IMG/VR virus record: IMGVR_UViG_2866816733_000004
Span: 32,001 to 96,000 of that record
From: a virus
Lineage: Duplodnaviria > Caudoviricetes
Length of the DNA stretch: 64,000 nt
Strand: one strand, 5' to 3'
Shown: positions 34,963 through 43,819 of the stretch, one piece after another
How the letters are laid out: each line of letters begins with the position of its first letter
Position numbering within the stretch: position 1 is the first letter of the stretch
Made by a program: the position numbers and the translations under genes
The notes under the pieces: generated by a model
Told to the model about the DNA's origin: nothing
Database searches by the model: none
What the model saw: the letters and a program-made list of their open reading frames with translations, nothing else

Positions 34963-36630
34963 TCATCGGCGGATGTAGCCGTTCACCACCATCGGCAGTG
35001 ACGCGTCCACGCCCGCCATGTTCAGCACGCCCTCGTCCCGCGGGTCACCGATTGAGTGTCCGTTCGCTGCCATCGCAGCGATCACCACCCGAGCGTCCCC
35101 GTTGACCGCGCGCCGGTACGAGGTGAGCGCCTGCGACGGATGCTGTCGGCCCGCCCACGTCTCGTTGTCAGTGAGTACCAAGATGCCGTCGACGTGGAGC
35201 TTCTCGCGCTGCGCCCACTGGAACGGCAGAGACAGGTCAGTCCCACCACCCGACGGAGACCACCGGCCAACCTCACGCAGGTTCGTGTGTGCCGTCACCC
35301 GGGAGGAATGGACGCTGGTGTCGACGTCGATGACGTGAACGTTGCCGCCCTCGATCCGGTTGAGGATCACCGCCATCGCGTTCGCGACCTCGTAGCAGGA
35401 CCCGAGCGGCACGCCACCCGAGCGCACACCGGCCCATGACATCGACCCGGACGAGTCCACGGCGATGAGCAGCCGATGGCCGGACGGCTCGATGTGGCCG
35501 AATGACAGCTCGTACGCCTCTTCCAGCGCGTCCACGATCGCGGGAACCGGCGACCAGGTCTGGAAGTCGGCGCGCGGGTTCGGCTGCGACCGCCCGGCCT
35601 GGTAGACACGCACCGCCAGGAACAGGTCCATCGGGTGGATCCGCGCCTTGGAGAGCGCGTCGGCGTTGGTGAGCCGCGCCGCAGCGAGGCGGGTCGCGTC
35701 ACTCATCGGCTTGAGCGTGCCGAGCCTGGTCATCCTGGCCAGGTTCCGGATGAGCGCGGTTATCCCGATCGTGTCGACGAGCTCATCCCACACACCCGCG
35801 TCGGTGAGCACGGCGTCGGGCAGGAACTCCCACGGCACGCCGCGGTCCTGGACCACGTCGATCGCGTCGACCGGGTTGGTGACGGCCTGCGCAGCGAGGA
35901 ACGCGTCAACGGCCGGCACCTGCGTGCGAACGTCAGCGTCGGCGACGTTCCCCGCGATCCACCCGAACAGCGCACGCCGCTCCGGAGTATCAGCCTTCGG
36001 GTGCGCGATCCGCAGCGCGTCCCGTAGCGCGAACGCCTCACCCGAAGACGTTTTACGCTGACGCGCCTTGCACACCCGCCACGCCACCTGGTCGACTTCA
36101 CCGTTCAGGAACCACGACCCGAGGGCGGTCCGCATCGCGCGGCCGATGACCGGGGCGGTACCGCCGCTGGTGGCCTTGCCGGCGAGGTTTTTCCAGTACC
36201 CGAAGTACGTTGCGAAGTGGTCGGTGGTCCGGGCGACCTGCGCAAGAGACACCTTGACGGCCTGCTTAGTGTCGGCGTCCCCGCGGGCTGCAGCCGCGGC
36301 GAGCGCGAACAGCGCGGGACGGTTCTTCGGCGCCCGCGGTGGACGCGCCGTCGAGATTTCCGTTGCCGTCTTTACGACACGGACACCGTCGGCCTGAACG
36401 GCATCGAACACGACCCCGGCATTGTCGGCAGTGAGCTGGTCCTCGCCGACGTAGTAGGTACCGCCCGTTGTGCCGAGGATCAAGAAGTCCTCGAGCTTGG
36501 TCCACAGGTCCTTGGCGAATCCGTACCCGCCGGCGTTGTTGCGGACCTGCTCGGCCTCACGGCCAGGAATCGGCTGGTTCTGCGGCGTCTGGATGGTGGA
36601 CACGGACGCGAGAGGATCACGGGCCATCAT
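34963..36630 (-). CDS. rsr: Ro60/Rsr TROVE-domain RNA-binding protein with C-terminal vWA domain
   Basis: QVRNNAGGYGF, FLILGTTGGTYY, ALIRNLARMT, ARIHPM, MIDAS DSSGSM, GGGTD, LTDNETW; GGAGG RBS before ATG at 36630. Confidence 0.95.
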   Translation of the reverse strand: MMARDPLASVSTIQTPQNQPIPGREAEQVRNNAGGYGFAKDLWTKLEDFLILGTTGGTYYVGEDQLTADNAGVVFDAVQADGVRVVKTATEISTARPPRAPKNRPALFALAAAAARGDADTKQAVKVSLAQVARTTDHFATYFGYWKNLAGKATSGGTAPVIGRAMRTALGSWFLNGEVDQVAWRVCKARQRKTSSGEAFALRDALRIAHPKADTPERRALFGWIAGNVADADVRTQVPAVDAFLAAQAVTNPVDAIDVVQDRGVPWEFLPDAVLTDAGVWDELVDTIGITALIRNLARMTRLGTLKPMSDATRLAAARLTNADALSKARIHPMDLFLAVRVYQAGRSQPNPRADFQTWSPVPAIVDALEEAYELSFGHIEPSGHRLLIAVDSSGSMSWAGVRSGGVPLGSCYEVANAMAVILNRIEGGNVHVIDVDTSVHSSRVTAHTNLREVGRWSPSGGGTDLSLPFQWAQREKLHVDGILVLTDNETWAGRQHPSQALTSYRRAVNGDARVVIAAMAANGHSIGDPRDEGVLNMAGVDASLPMVVNGYIRR

Positions 36631-36644
36631 TGGCCTCCGAGGTG

Positions 36645-36672
36645 TTCGACCCGCCACGAAGGCGGATGTGGG
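36645..36672 (-). promoter_or_regulatory. circularly permuted Ro-binding helix in the rsr leader
   Basis: Minus strand CCACAUCCGCC-UUCGU-GGCGGGUCGAA ending about 6 nt before the GGAGG RBS; same two strands as the Y RNA terminal stems in swapped order. Confidence 0.68.
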
Positions 36673-36692
36673 GGACTGGCGCTGGCCCGCGC

Positions 36693-36838
36693 GGGGAGGG
36701 CGGATGTGGTGGCGCCTGCCGGGTTTTTAGACCAATGCGCTACCTGGCTGCGCTACCGGCCGACCAGGTCGGCCGAGCAGGATTTGAACCTGCGACCTTT
36801 GGTTCCCGATAACCGACGGGCTTCGACCCGCCCTCCCC
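36693..36838 (-). ncRNA. yrlA: YrlA-type Y RNA with permuted tRNA-like domain
   Basis: Terminal stem GGGGAGGGCGG/CCGCCCTCCCC; GTCGAAG...GGTTATC; T-arm GCAGG-TTCAAAT-CCTGC precedes acceptor-like stem and D-arm GCGC-AGCCAGGTA-GCGC; adjacent to rsr. Confidence 0.9.
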
Positions 36839-36866
36839 ATGACGTCCAGCTTGGCCCGTAGGGCCG

Positions 36867-36947
36867 GGTGTCTGCACGGATGTGGGAACGACCGCCGGAG
36901 GGCTCTATGCGAAAGATAACCGACGGTCTTCGACCCGTGCAGGCACC
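36867..36947 (-). ncRNA. second, shorter Y RNA (YrlB-like, no tRNA domain)
   Basis: Terminal stem GGTG-C-CTGCACGG/CCGTGCAG-A-CACC; GTCGAAGACCGTCGGTTATC...CCGGCGGTC...CCACAT motifs shared with YrlA. Confidence 0.82.
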
Positions 36948-37015
36948 GAGCCTGACGCGCTGATCCGAAGGTAACGCGCCGGATCACAGTTCGCATCTTG
37001 ATATTGGTCGGGGGA

Positions 37016-37291
37016 CTACCTCTGGGCCGCCGCCCGCAATTCCTTCTTCGCGTCCAGCACGTCATCGACCGTCGCCCACCACCGGTGGCGCTGCAGCCGT
37101 TCTGTGAGGTCCCAGCGTTCCGCGCGGGCGCGCTTCAGCTCGGTGTGCTGCTCGTCGGTGACTGTGGCCGTGCCCGCTATGACGTCGAGGGCCGGCGGGT
37201 GCGACGCCGTGATCTCCTGGCAGCGGGCGTCCGCGGCGTACCAGTCGCGCTGGAGTTGGAGCAGGTCAGGCGGGAAGTCGTAGGTGGCCAC
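37016..37291 (-). CDS. small hypothetical protein
   Basis: VATYDFPPDLLQLQRDW...HRWWATV...LRAAA. Confidence 0.65.
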   Translation of the reverse strand: MATYDFPPDLLQLQRDWYAADARCQEITASHPPALDVIAGTATVTDEQHTELKRARAERWDLTERLQRHRWWATVDDVLDAKKELRAAAQR

Positions 37292-37366
37292 GCGACGATC
37301 ATGCCACCAGAGCACCAAGACAGGTCAGCGGGGGAGTGGTGGCGCGCTAGACAACCGTAGAGACCG

Positions 37367-38416
37367 CTAGAACTCGATGTCGTTCATCGGGTTGTTCCTC
37401 CACTGATCTACGGCTCGGATGTAGACGAGGAGCACGGGGGAGTTGGGGTTCCAGCGACCATGCTTAGCGATCTCAGAGATAGGGACGCCTGCTGCGTAAG
37501 CGGTCGAGGCTGAGCCTGCCCGGAGCCCGTGGGAGGTGTACTTCGCGGGAAGGTTGGCGAGGACGCCACGGCGGTGGACGATATCGCAGGCGGACTTGCC
37601 TGTGAGGCGTACGGCGACTTTGCCGGCACTGTTGGGCTCGCCTCCAATTCGCCCGTGGCGGTCGACGGGGCGGAACAGAGGACCGTCCACCAGGCCCCGC
37701 TCGGCGAGGCACTCCTTCCATCCGTTGACGGCTTCGACCGGGCACATGTCGGCGCGCTTGCTGCGGGGGATGGCGACCCTGATGCCGCTGGCTTCCTGGT
37801 CGGTCTTCGACCGCTTTACATAGACGCTGAGCCCCTCGGGGGTTTCGATGGCGTCGTCCTGGTCGAGGCCGACGAGTTCGGAGCGGCGCGCCATCATGTT
37901 GAAGCCGAGGAGTAGGAGTGCCCGATCGCGTACGCCCTGCAGGGTCCTCAGGTCGCAGGTCGCGATCATGGCACGCAGCGCGTCGGGCATGATCGGTGTC
38001 GCCTGCTTCTCTCGGTTGCCGTCCTCGGCCCACTGCCTCCGGTAGGTCTTGAGGGCTTTGAGAGGTTTCTCGCTATCAGGTTCGTCCTGGCAGCCAGCGT
38101 CTGTGTGCTTGGAGCGGATCGTGGAGATTGCCTGAGCAATGGTGTTGGGGGCGCTCTTGCCCCTGCACATGTGGTTGACGTACTCGGTGAGTGTCTGCGC
38201 GGTGGCAGGGAGGTAGACGCGTCCTTCGTGCTCACACCACTCGCGGAAGTCCTTCCACGCCCGGTCGTATGCGATGCGGGTGTTCTCGGCGGTGGAGTTG
38301 ATGAGACGCTCAGCGGTGTCGGCGCTGATGGTGAAGTCGATGTCGCTGTACGCGACGGGCGGCGGCTCGGTAGGGCGAACGACGATGGGGGAGGAGGTGA
38401 CCTCTAGGTCGGACAC
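37367..38416 (-). CDS. Cre-like tyrosine recombinase/resolvase
   Basis: NTRIAYDRAWKDF.EWC (SAM-like), RDRALLLLGF...RRSELV, RSKTDQ, HGLRAG, HGRW, YIR. Confidence 0.92.
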   Translation of the reverse strand: MSDLEVTSSPIVVRPTEPPPVAYSDIDFTISADTAERLINSTAENTRIAYDRAWKDFREWCEHEGRVYLPATAQTLTEYVNHMCRGKSAPNTIAQAISTIRSKHTDAGCQDEPDSEKPLKALKTYRRQWAEDGNREKQATPIMPDALRAMIATCDLRTLQGVRDRALLLLGFNMMARRSELVGLDQDDAIETPEGLSVYVKRSKTDQEASGIRVAIPRSKRADMCPVEAVNGWKECLAERGLVDGPLFRPVDRHGRIGGEPNSAGKVAVRLTGKSACDIVHRRGVLANLPAKYTSHGLRAGSASTAYAAGVPISEIAKHGRWNPNSPVLLVYIRAVDQWRNNPMNDIEF

Positions 38417-38419
38417 GCC

Positions 38420-38605
38420 TTACTGCCTAGCCAGGCTGCGGATCTTGCGTGCCGCGTTGCGGTAGGTCTGGGCCGCGATGGAGCGCTGGTCTTCGTTGAA
38501 GATGTCAGCCCCGCCGCCAGCCTCCAACTCTTCGGCTTCGGCGTCAAGAAGCCGAGCAGCCTCGCCAAGCGCATCACGTGGGGCTGTTTCTGCGGTGATC
38601 TTCAA
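38420..38605 (-). CDS. small hypothetical protein upstream of the recombinase
   Basis: 61 aa ORF ending 3 nt before the recombinase start. Confidence 0.5.
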   Translation of the reverse strand: MKITAETAPRDALGEAARLLDAEAEELEAGGGADIFNEDQRSIAAQTYRNAARKIRSLARQ

Positions 38606-38627
38606 GGGGGTCCCCCATCGAATTCTG

Positions 38628-38655
38628 AATTCCTATAATGCATCTTAACGGAACC
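38628..38655. other. lox/dif-like recombination site (11-6-11)
   Basis: AATTCCTATAA-TGCATC-TTAACGGAACC: imperfect inverted arms (TTCC..TAA / TTA..GGAA) around a 6-bp spacer, upstream of the recombinase operon. Confidence 0.62.
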
Positions 38656-38727
38656 CAGGCGTCTGTGACCTCACTCAAACGGAACGATTCTAGATCGATG
38701 TCCGCTTCTGCCTTACGGACGGTAGCC

Positions 38728-39594
38728 TCACCGCAGGTACAGCTCTTTACCGATGTCCTCAAAGGTCCTGGGCAGCCGCGGATGTGACTTCGTGATCGAG
38801 CAACCCACGCCCCCATCCTCCCCAAGGAGTTGAAGTGTGGTTGTCTCCTCACCTTCCTGGAAGGTAGGGATGAAGACCGGGTGTCGCTCAAGAGCCAAGG
38901 TGATCTTCAGTGATGGTATGCCGAAGTCCTGATCGCCGGCATAGTTCACCCTGATCTCGGTGAATGGTGCGCGTACGCCCCTGGCGTCCTCCGTTCCGGA
39001 GCCAGCGCGCGCAAGCTCCAACCAGTCGATCACCGTGATGTGACCGAACCACTCGAAGAGCGCTTCCCCCTCCGGCCCGATCATTGCGATATGCCCGTCC
39101 ACCGTCGAGGGGGCCGACAGGGGCGCATCCCGCAGATCAGTCTCGCCCGCGATGAAGAAGCCATGATCAGCAAGCACGAAAATCGGGCGAACGCTATCGT
39201 TTCGAAGCAAGCCGCGGTACCTCATCCCCAGGTAGTGGAGCCGGTGAGTGCCAATCGGATCCAGTCTCCGTGGCGGGGGGCTGACCTCGGCATCCTCACC
39301 CCAACTGTTGGCCAGCACCGCAGGTCCGTGTTGGGAAGAGTCGATGACGACTGTCACCGAGGGACTCGCGCTCATTGCTGCGTGACGTGCCTGGCGTAAG
39401 GCGGTCGCTTGATTGACTTCTGTAGCCCGCTGGGCCTCGACAACGGCGCGGGCGGCTTCCTGGCCTTGCCGCTCAGTCGCCTGCGCGCTCCGCCGCGCGT
39501 ATCGCAGCGCACCCAAGGAGCCTGCCAAGGCGACGACCGATACCACGTTGGTGAGGGCGACTTCGGAGTTCACGATAGCCGATCCTAGAAACAC
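38728..39594 (-). CDS. hypothetical protein with N-terminal membrane anchor
   Basis: N-terminal hydrophobic helix then YARRSAQA coiled coil; atypical codon usage. Confidence 0.62.
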   Translation of the reverse strand: MFLGSAIVNSEVALTNVVSVVALAGSLGALRYARRSAQATERQGQEAARAVVEAQRATEVNQATALRQARHAAMSASPSVTVVIDSSQHGPAVLANSWGEDAEVSPPPRRLDPIGTHRLHYLGMRYRGLLRNDSVRPIFVLADHGFFIAGETDLRDAPLSAPSTVDGHIAMIGPEGEALFEWFGHITVIDWLELARAGSGTEDARGVRAPFTEIRVNYAGDQDFGIPSLKITLALERHPVFIPTFQEGEETTTLQLLGEDGGVGCSITKSHPRLPRTFEDIGKELYLR

Positions 39595-39654
39595 CGGTGG
39601 GGAGTCGTCTGCCCGTTGGCCGCTGTCGGTCCCGTCTTGTTACGAGGATGAAGC

Positions 39655-40656
39655 TTATGATGAGCTAGGCGTCCTCTTAATACCTGACATACGCCACTGA
39701 GGGGGTGTGATACATGCCTGGACCTCTGCGAGACGCAGCGCCACGGCGATGACGAAGTCTCTGCAGTAGTCGAACTCTTCCTGAGTTGGTGAGTAGCCCT
39801 CGGGAGGGTGCACCTCGCGTGTGCCAGCCATCGAGTGGAAGACGAACGGCGTGAGGAGTGTGAATCTGTGGTATCGATGATAGTCGATTCCGACCGCAAC
39901 CATGCGCATTGCGTCCTGTAGATAGTACGTCACCTCCGAGCACTTGGTGATCTGTTCGGCTAGGGTGCCGGCCCCCCGCACGGGCACACCCAGGCGGTTA
40001 TGTTGATCTACCCGCTGCAGTGCTGCGGTGACATCCTGCTCGCGCATGAGGCCGCGAATTTCTGGACCAAAACTGAAGACAGACTCCCTACGGTCATCGC
40101 CTCGAACATGGCTGGTGAACAGGTCGGAATAAGCGTCCACGAGCCAGCTCATTGCCTGAATAGTCTCCCCAGTCTTCCATCGTTCCGAAGCCCGCTTCAC
40201 GAGGGACTGAGCACTCTTCTGAGGCATGAGATTTGCCATGTCGAGAGTATTGTAATCCAAGTCGAACACCAGAGTGGCGTTTTCCTGGAAGAACGAATGA
40301 ACGTCCCTGCGGGCAAGGTCGATGTCTTCGGGGCTTGGAGGGGCTCCTGCGTGCTTGAAGTCCTTGCGGCATCGATTGAGGCGATCCATGCCCACTTTGC
40401 CCGCGAGTGTGACTTCGACCTTCTTCATCTCAACCCAGTACTTCATGAACTCAGTCGGCTGGTTGGCCTTGCATACCTCACACGCCAAGATCAGGAACTG
40501 CTCGACAGCGTCGTGGAAGGCTAGGATGCTGATCCTGTTCATCGGGCTCGGCCGGTTGGACTGTTCGACAGCCTCGTGATGGATGAGCTTGATGAAAGCG
40601 AGGCGCTCCATGATGTGCGGGGTAACTGGAGTGGGTGGGGTCATGGTGTCCATCAT
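39655..40656 (-). CDS. HEPN-like protein (possible defence nuclease)
   Basis: FHDAVEQFL and LNRCRKDFKH (R-x4-H); lower GC than flanks. Confidence 0.55.
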   Translation of the reverse strand: MMDTMTPPTPVTPHIMERLAFIKLIHHEAVEQSNRPSPMNRISILAFHDAVEQFLILACEVCKANQPTEFMKYWVEMKKVEVTLAGKVGMDRLNRCRKDFKHAGAPPSPEDIDLARRDVHSFFQENATLVFDLDYNTLDMANLMPQKSAQSLVKRASERWKTGETIQAMSWLVDAYSDLFTSHVRGDDRRESVFSFGPEIRGLMREQDVTAALQRVDQHNRLGVPVRGAGTLAEQITKCSEVTYYLQDAMRMVAVGIDYHRYHRFTLLTPFVFHSMAGTREVHPPEGYSPTQEEFDYCRDFVIAVALRLAEVQACITPPQWRMSGIKRTPSSS

Positions 40657-40694
40657 CCTCCGGATCGCATGGGGATGCCGCGATTTCCCAATCC

Positions 40695-41234
40695 CTACAC
40701 ATCGTCGATGCGGATCACCAGGCGTCGAGCGTGAGGTCCAGTATCGATCGGGCGGGTGCGGATCGACTCGACGTGCCCGTCGCCCTCCAAGACCACGCCG
40801 TCCGACATCTCCAGTCGGAGTCGCCGCTTCCCTTCTCCGGGGGCGGGCGAGTCAGGTGTCGTCCAGCCAGTGACGATCCTCTGGCCGTCGATGATGGAGT
40901 AGTCGGGATCGATTGTGTCCAGCTCGGTGATGAGCTGCGTCCTACGCGAAGTGGAGATCAGTCGGCCTGTGAGTTCCATGGTGGGTTCCTTGGCGTCCGA
41001 GGCGTATCGCTGGGTGAGGGCGGTGGCTGCTTCGGAAAGGACCTCGAGAGGGTTGTCGCCGACGAGGTTGATGACGACCTCGGCGTCGCTGTTGCAGATC
41101 GTGACGTCGGCTCGGTGCCACGTGGGAGTGGGTGCGTCGACGTCCCCGTCGAGGGTCTCTCCGCCGGTGGACAGGGTGACGGTGTGACCGGTGTCGAGCA
41201 GGTGAGAGAGCCGTGCGTCGAGGCTCTGGTCCAT
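40695..41234 (-). CDS. hypothetical protein
   Basis: ORF with GGAAGGA RBS. Confidence 0.55.
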   Translation of the reverse strand: MDQSLDARLSHLLDTGHTVTLSTGGETLDGDVDAPTPTWHRADVTICNSDAEVVINLVGDNPLEVLSEAATALTQRYASDAKEPTMELTGRLISTSRRTQLITELDTIDPDYSIIDGQRIVTGWTTPDSPAPGEGKRRLRLEMSDGVVLEGDGHVESIRTRPIDTGPHARRLVIRIDDV

Positions 41235-41269
41235 AGTGTCCTTCCCGGAATGTGCATTCTGTGAGCCCA

Positions 41270-41686
41270 TCAGGTCGTGCTGTCATCGCCCAGTCGTTTG
41301 CAGCCGTCCTCGCCGCAGAGCCACACCCCCGTCACGGGCGGTGGCGGAGGAAGATAGAAGAAGTTGATCGGAAAGCCTGTGAGGCAGACGAGCGCCTGCA
41401 GTTGCTCCTCGGTCGGGACGCGTTCGCCGGCCTCCCACTCGTCCACCATGGGCTCCTGGCCGCCGAGCGCCTCGTCGACCTCGGGCCCGTACAGGCCGCA
41501 AATGTCAAGTGCCACTGTGATGCGTTCGGGTGTGGGTAGGCCGTTGCGTCTTTCGGCCTGGCGAACGCGGTCCATGACCTTGGTGATCTGAGACTGCCGC
41601 CGGATTCCAGGCCCGAAGGCACCGACCGGTGAGGTGGAGCGGCGTCGCTCTCGAAGTTGGCGGGCGCGTTCGAGGTCGTCAGCCAT
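41270..41686 (-). CDS. XRE-like HTH protein
   Basis: EVDEALG..EPMVDEWEAGERVPTEEQLQAL..LTGFPINFF. Confidence 0.7.
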   Translation of the reverse strand: MADDLERARQLRERRRSTSPVGAFGPGIRRQSQITKVMDRVRQAERRNGLPTPERITVALDICGLYGPEVDEALGGQEPMVDEWEAGERVPTEEQLQALVCLTGFPINFFYLPPPPPVTGVWLCGEDGCKRLGDDSTT

Positions 41687-41962
41687 GCCCTATTCTCCCA
41701 TGCCCGCAGGTCAGATGCCGGTTTGTGTAGCCGAGAGTTCCCAATCCCTACGTCACTCGTCGGTCTCGCTCCTGGGTTCTCTCAGGTGGGGCCGCAGGAG
41801 GGTCGCGATGCGAGTGATCTCGGCGGGGCTGAGGGGCCGATCGTGGCGGCCGTCTTCCTGGCCGGCGCGGAACGCCTCGTCGGGTGTGCGGCAGATGCGG
41901 CGCTTCGGCTGGTTACCCATATGGGCTCTCCCTCTTCGCAGGTCAAATGCGGGCAGTCGAGA

Positions 41963-42211
41963 CTATCCACGGGTGCCTTCCGGGTCCTGGTGAATTAGGA
42001 ACCGGTGCAGATCGTCGTCTGGTGTGTGCTTCAGGTAGAGCTCCCCGCCCGTCCGCTGCAGCGCCATGAGGAACGCGTACGCCTGGACGGCGCGGTTGAC
42101 GGTGTCGGTCTTGGAGATGCCGAGCGCTTGAGTGGTGTTGTCGAGGGCGAGGACGGCTTCGCCGAGGAGCTGGACGGTGATCTGGGCTGCGGCCCTGGGT
42201 GGATCTGCCAT
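41963..42211 (-). CDS. ribbon-helix-helix (CopG-like) protein
   Basis: ITVQL...A..AL......GISKTDTVNRAVQAYAF. Confidence 0.65.
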   Translation of the reverse strand: MADPPRAAAQITVQLLGEAVLALDNTTQALGISKTDTVNRAVQAYAFLMALQRTGGELYLKHTPDDDLHRFLIHQDPEGTRG

Positions 42212-42241
42212 AGCTGCTCCTGCGTGTCTGGGTGCTGTCGT

Positions 42242-43294
42242 CTAGCGTGCCTGCTGCCGGGCGTGCTCGTTGCGGACGGCCTGGACGATGAACTCGGCGA
42301 CGTCCTTCGGGTACTCGGCGTGTACCTCGATCCACACATCTGTCTCGTCGTACTCCCCGGCCAGGATCACCCAGCAGCGGGTGCGTGTACCGCCGGGGTT
42401 GTCGGGGGCGGGTTGTGCGCGCCAGGTGTCGATGTCGACTCCCCCGATATGCGGGTCTTCGTTGGTGAGCATGGGGTTGGTTCGTCCTTCCACTAGTTGG
42501 GGCTGCAGCGGGTGCTGTCGCCGGTTCACTCCGCCGCATGTTGACAGTCGGTGGAGCAGTACGCGTCGTCCGTCTCGATCTCAATGAAGACGGCCATGGT
42601 CAGGACTTCCAGCGGCCGACAACGACCGGCTGCGCCCAAGAGACCGTCTTGCGGCGGTCGATGATGATGTTCCCGTCGGGATCGAGGATGATCTCGTCTT
42701 CTCGGATGTTGTCGTCCGCGAAGGATGCGATGACTTGCTGCTTGATGGCGGTTTCATCCGTCGCGGTCATGACCAAACCAACCCTCAGTCGTCAGGCTTT
42801 CCTGGTGGTCCTCTTTGCAGTTGATGTCGCTCACCGGCGGGGGCTCCCGTCCGGCCAGTGGCTCTCCAACAGGGCCCGTTCGTGGTCTGCGCAGTACCCG
42901 AACGGCGCTCCACGCTTGGACGGCTTGTGGCACATGGTGTCGCGCTGGCCCCAGTGGGAGTCGCCGATGTCCCAGCAGCACTGGTTGGCGTTGAACGCGG
43001 CCTTCTCTTCTCGGGTGAACCTGTCGGGGTCCGTGCTCGGGGTAACGATGCGGTTCCGGTCGGCCATGCTTTCTCTCGGTTCGAGGTGGATGATCTGTGT
43101 TCCGTGAGGCGCTCCCCCACGGGGTAGCGGAGCGCCAGGACGCAGCACCAGCGCCGGGGCTACTTCTTCTTCGGGTCCTCGCTGTCGGCCTTCTTGCCGT
43201 CGACGACCGTCACCTTGGCGTTCTTGCCTACGGCGCAGTTCTCGACCTTGACTTCGCCGCCCATGTTGACGATCCCGGTGATCTTTTCGGCCAT
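42242..43294 (-). other. cluster of small hypothetical genes (42242-42472, 42600-42770, 42831-43067, 43160-43294)
   Basis: Short co-oriented minus-strand ORFs with GC3-rich codons; two found by manual translation. Confidence 0.5.
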
Positions 43295-43345
43295 GTTGTT
43301 CTTCCTCTCGTATGGTGGCCGGGTGCCCGGCCTGTTGGTGCGGGG

Positions 43346-43819
43346 TCAGATGATGCGGAGTTCGCGGAGGAACTCTCGCCAGATCGGCTCCAGGTTGCGG
43401 AGGTCCGCGAGTTCACGTGGGGTTCGCCAGGTGAGGTCGTGGAGTTCGCCGTTGGAGCGGACCTTCGGCGGCTGCGGGCCGGTGAAGAGCGTGGTGAACA
43501 CCAGCCAGTGGTGCCAGTTCTCGCCGTCGATGGACCCGGCTTTGCGGTGGCAGCGGTCGCCTCCGAGCCGGTTCAGGACGAGACTCAGGTCGCGGTCCCG
43601 GACGCGTAGACCGGTCTCCTCTTCCAACTCGCGGACGCCGGCGGCGCGGAACGCGGGCTCCTCTTCATGGGCCCCGGTCGGGATGCGGGTGGCGAGTTCG
43701 TCGACGTGCCCGGCGCACGGCGCGACCGCCACCGGGGTTTTCGCGCGCAGGCCGGTGAGGTAGCGGCCTTCCCAGACGGCGAGGACGCCGACTACAGCGT
43801 GGTTGCAGGGATCTCCCAT
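43346..43819 (-). CDS. NUDIX hydrolase
   Basis: PCAGHVDE...AAGVRELEEETGL (Nudix box with an insertion). Confidence 0.8.
   Translation of the reverse strand: MGDPCNHAVVGVLAVWEGRYLTGLRAKTPVAVAPCAGHVDELATRIPTGAHEEEPAFRAAGVRELEEETGLRVRDRDLSLVLNRLGGDRCHRKAGSIDGENWHHWLVFTTLFTGPQPPKVRSNGELHDLTWRTPRELADLRNLEPIWREFLRELRII

Noticed and set aside
36729-36808. Canonical tRNA gene or tRNA-derived att site
   Set aside because: The T-arm precedes the D-arm and the unit is enclosed in a Y RNA stem, so it is YrlA rather than a tRNA; no duplicated tRNA 3' end was seen.
36955-37010. SOS or PafBC DNA-damage promoter for the rsr locus
   Set aside because: No acceptable match to the LexA box or to TGTCGG-N10-TA-N3-T.
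37367-38416. Classical prophage integrase marking an attL/attR boundary
   Set aside because: No arm-binding domain, Cre-like features, mobile-element genes on both sides, and no flanking core repeat found.
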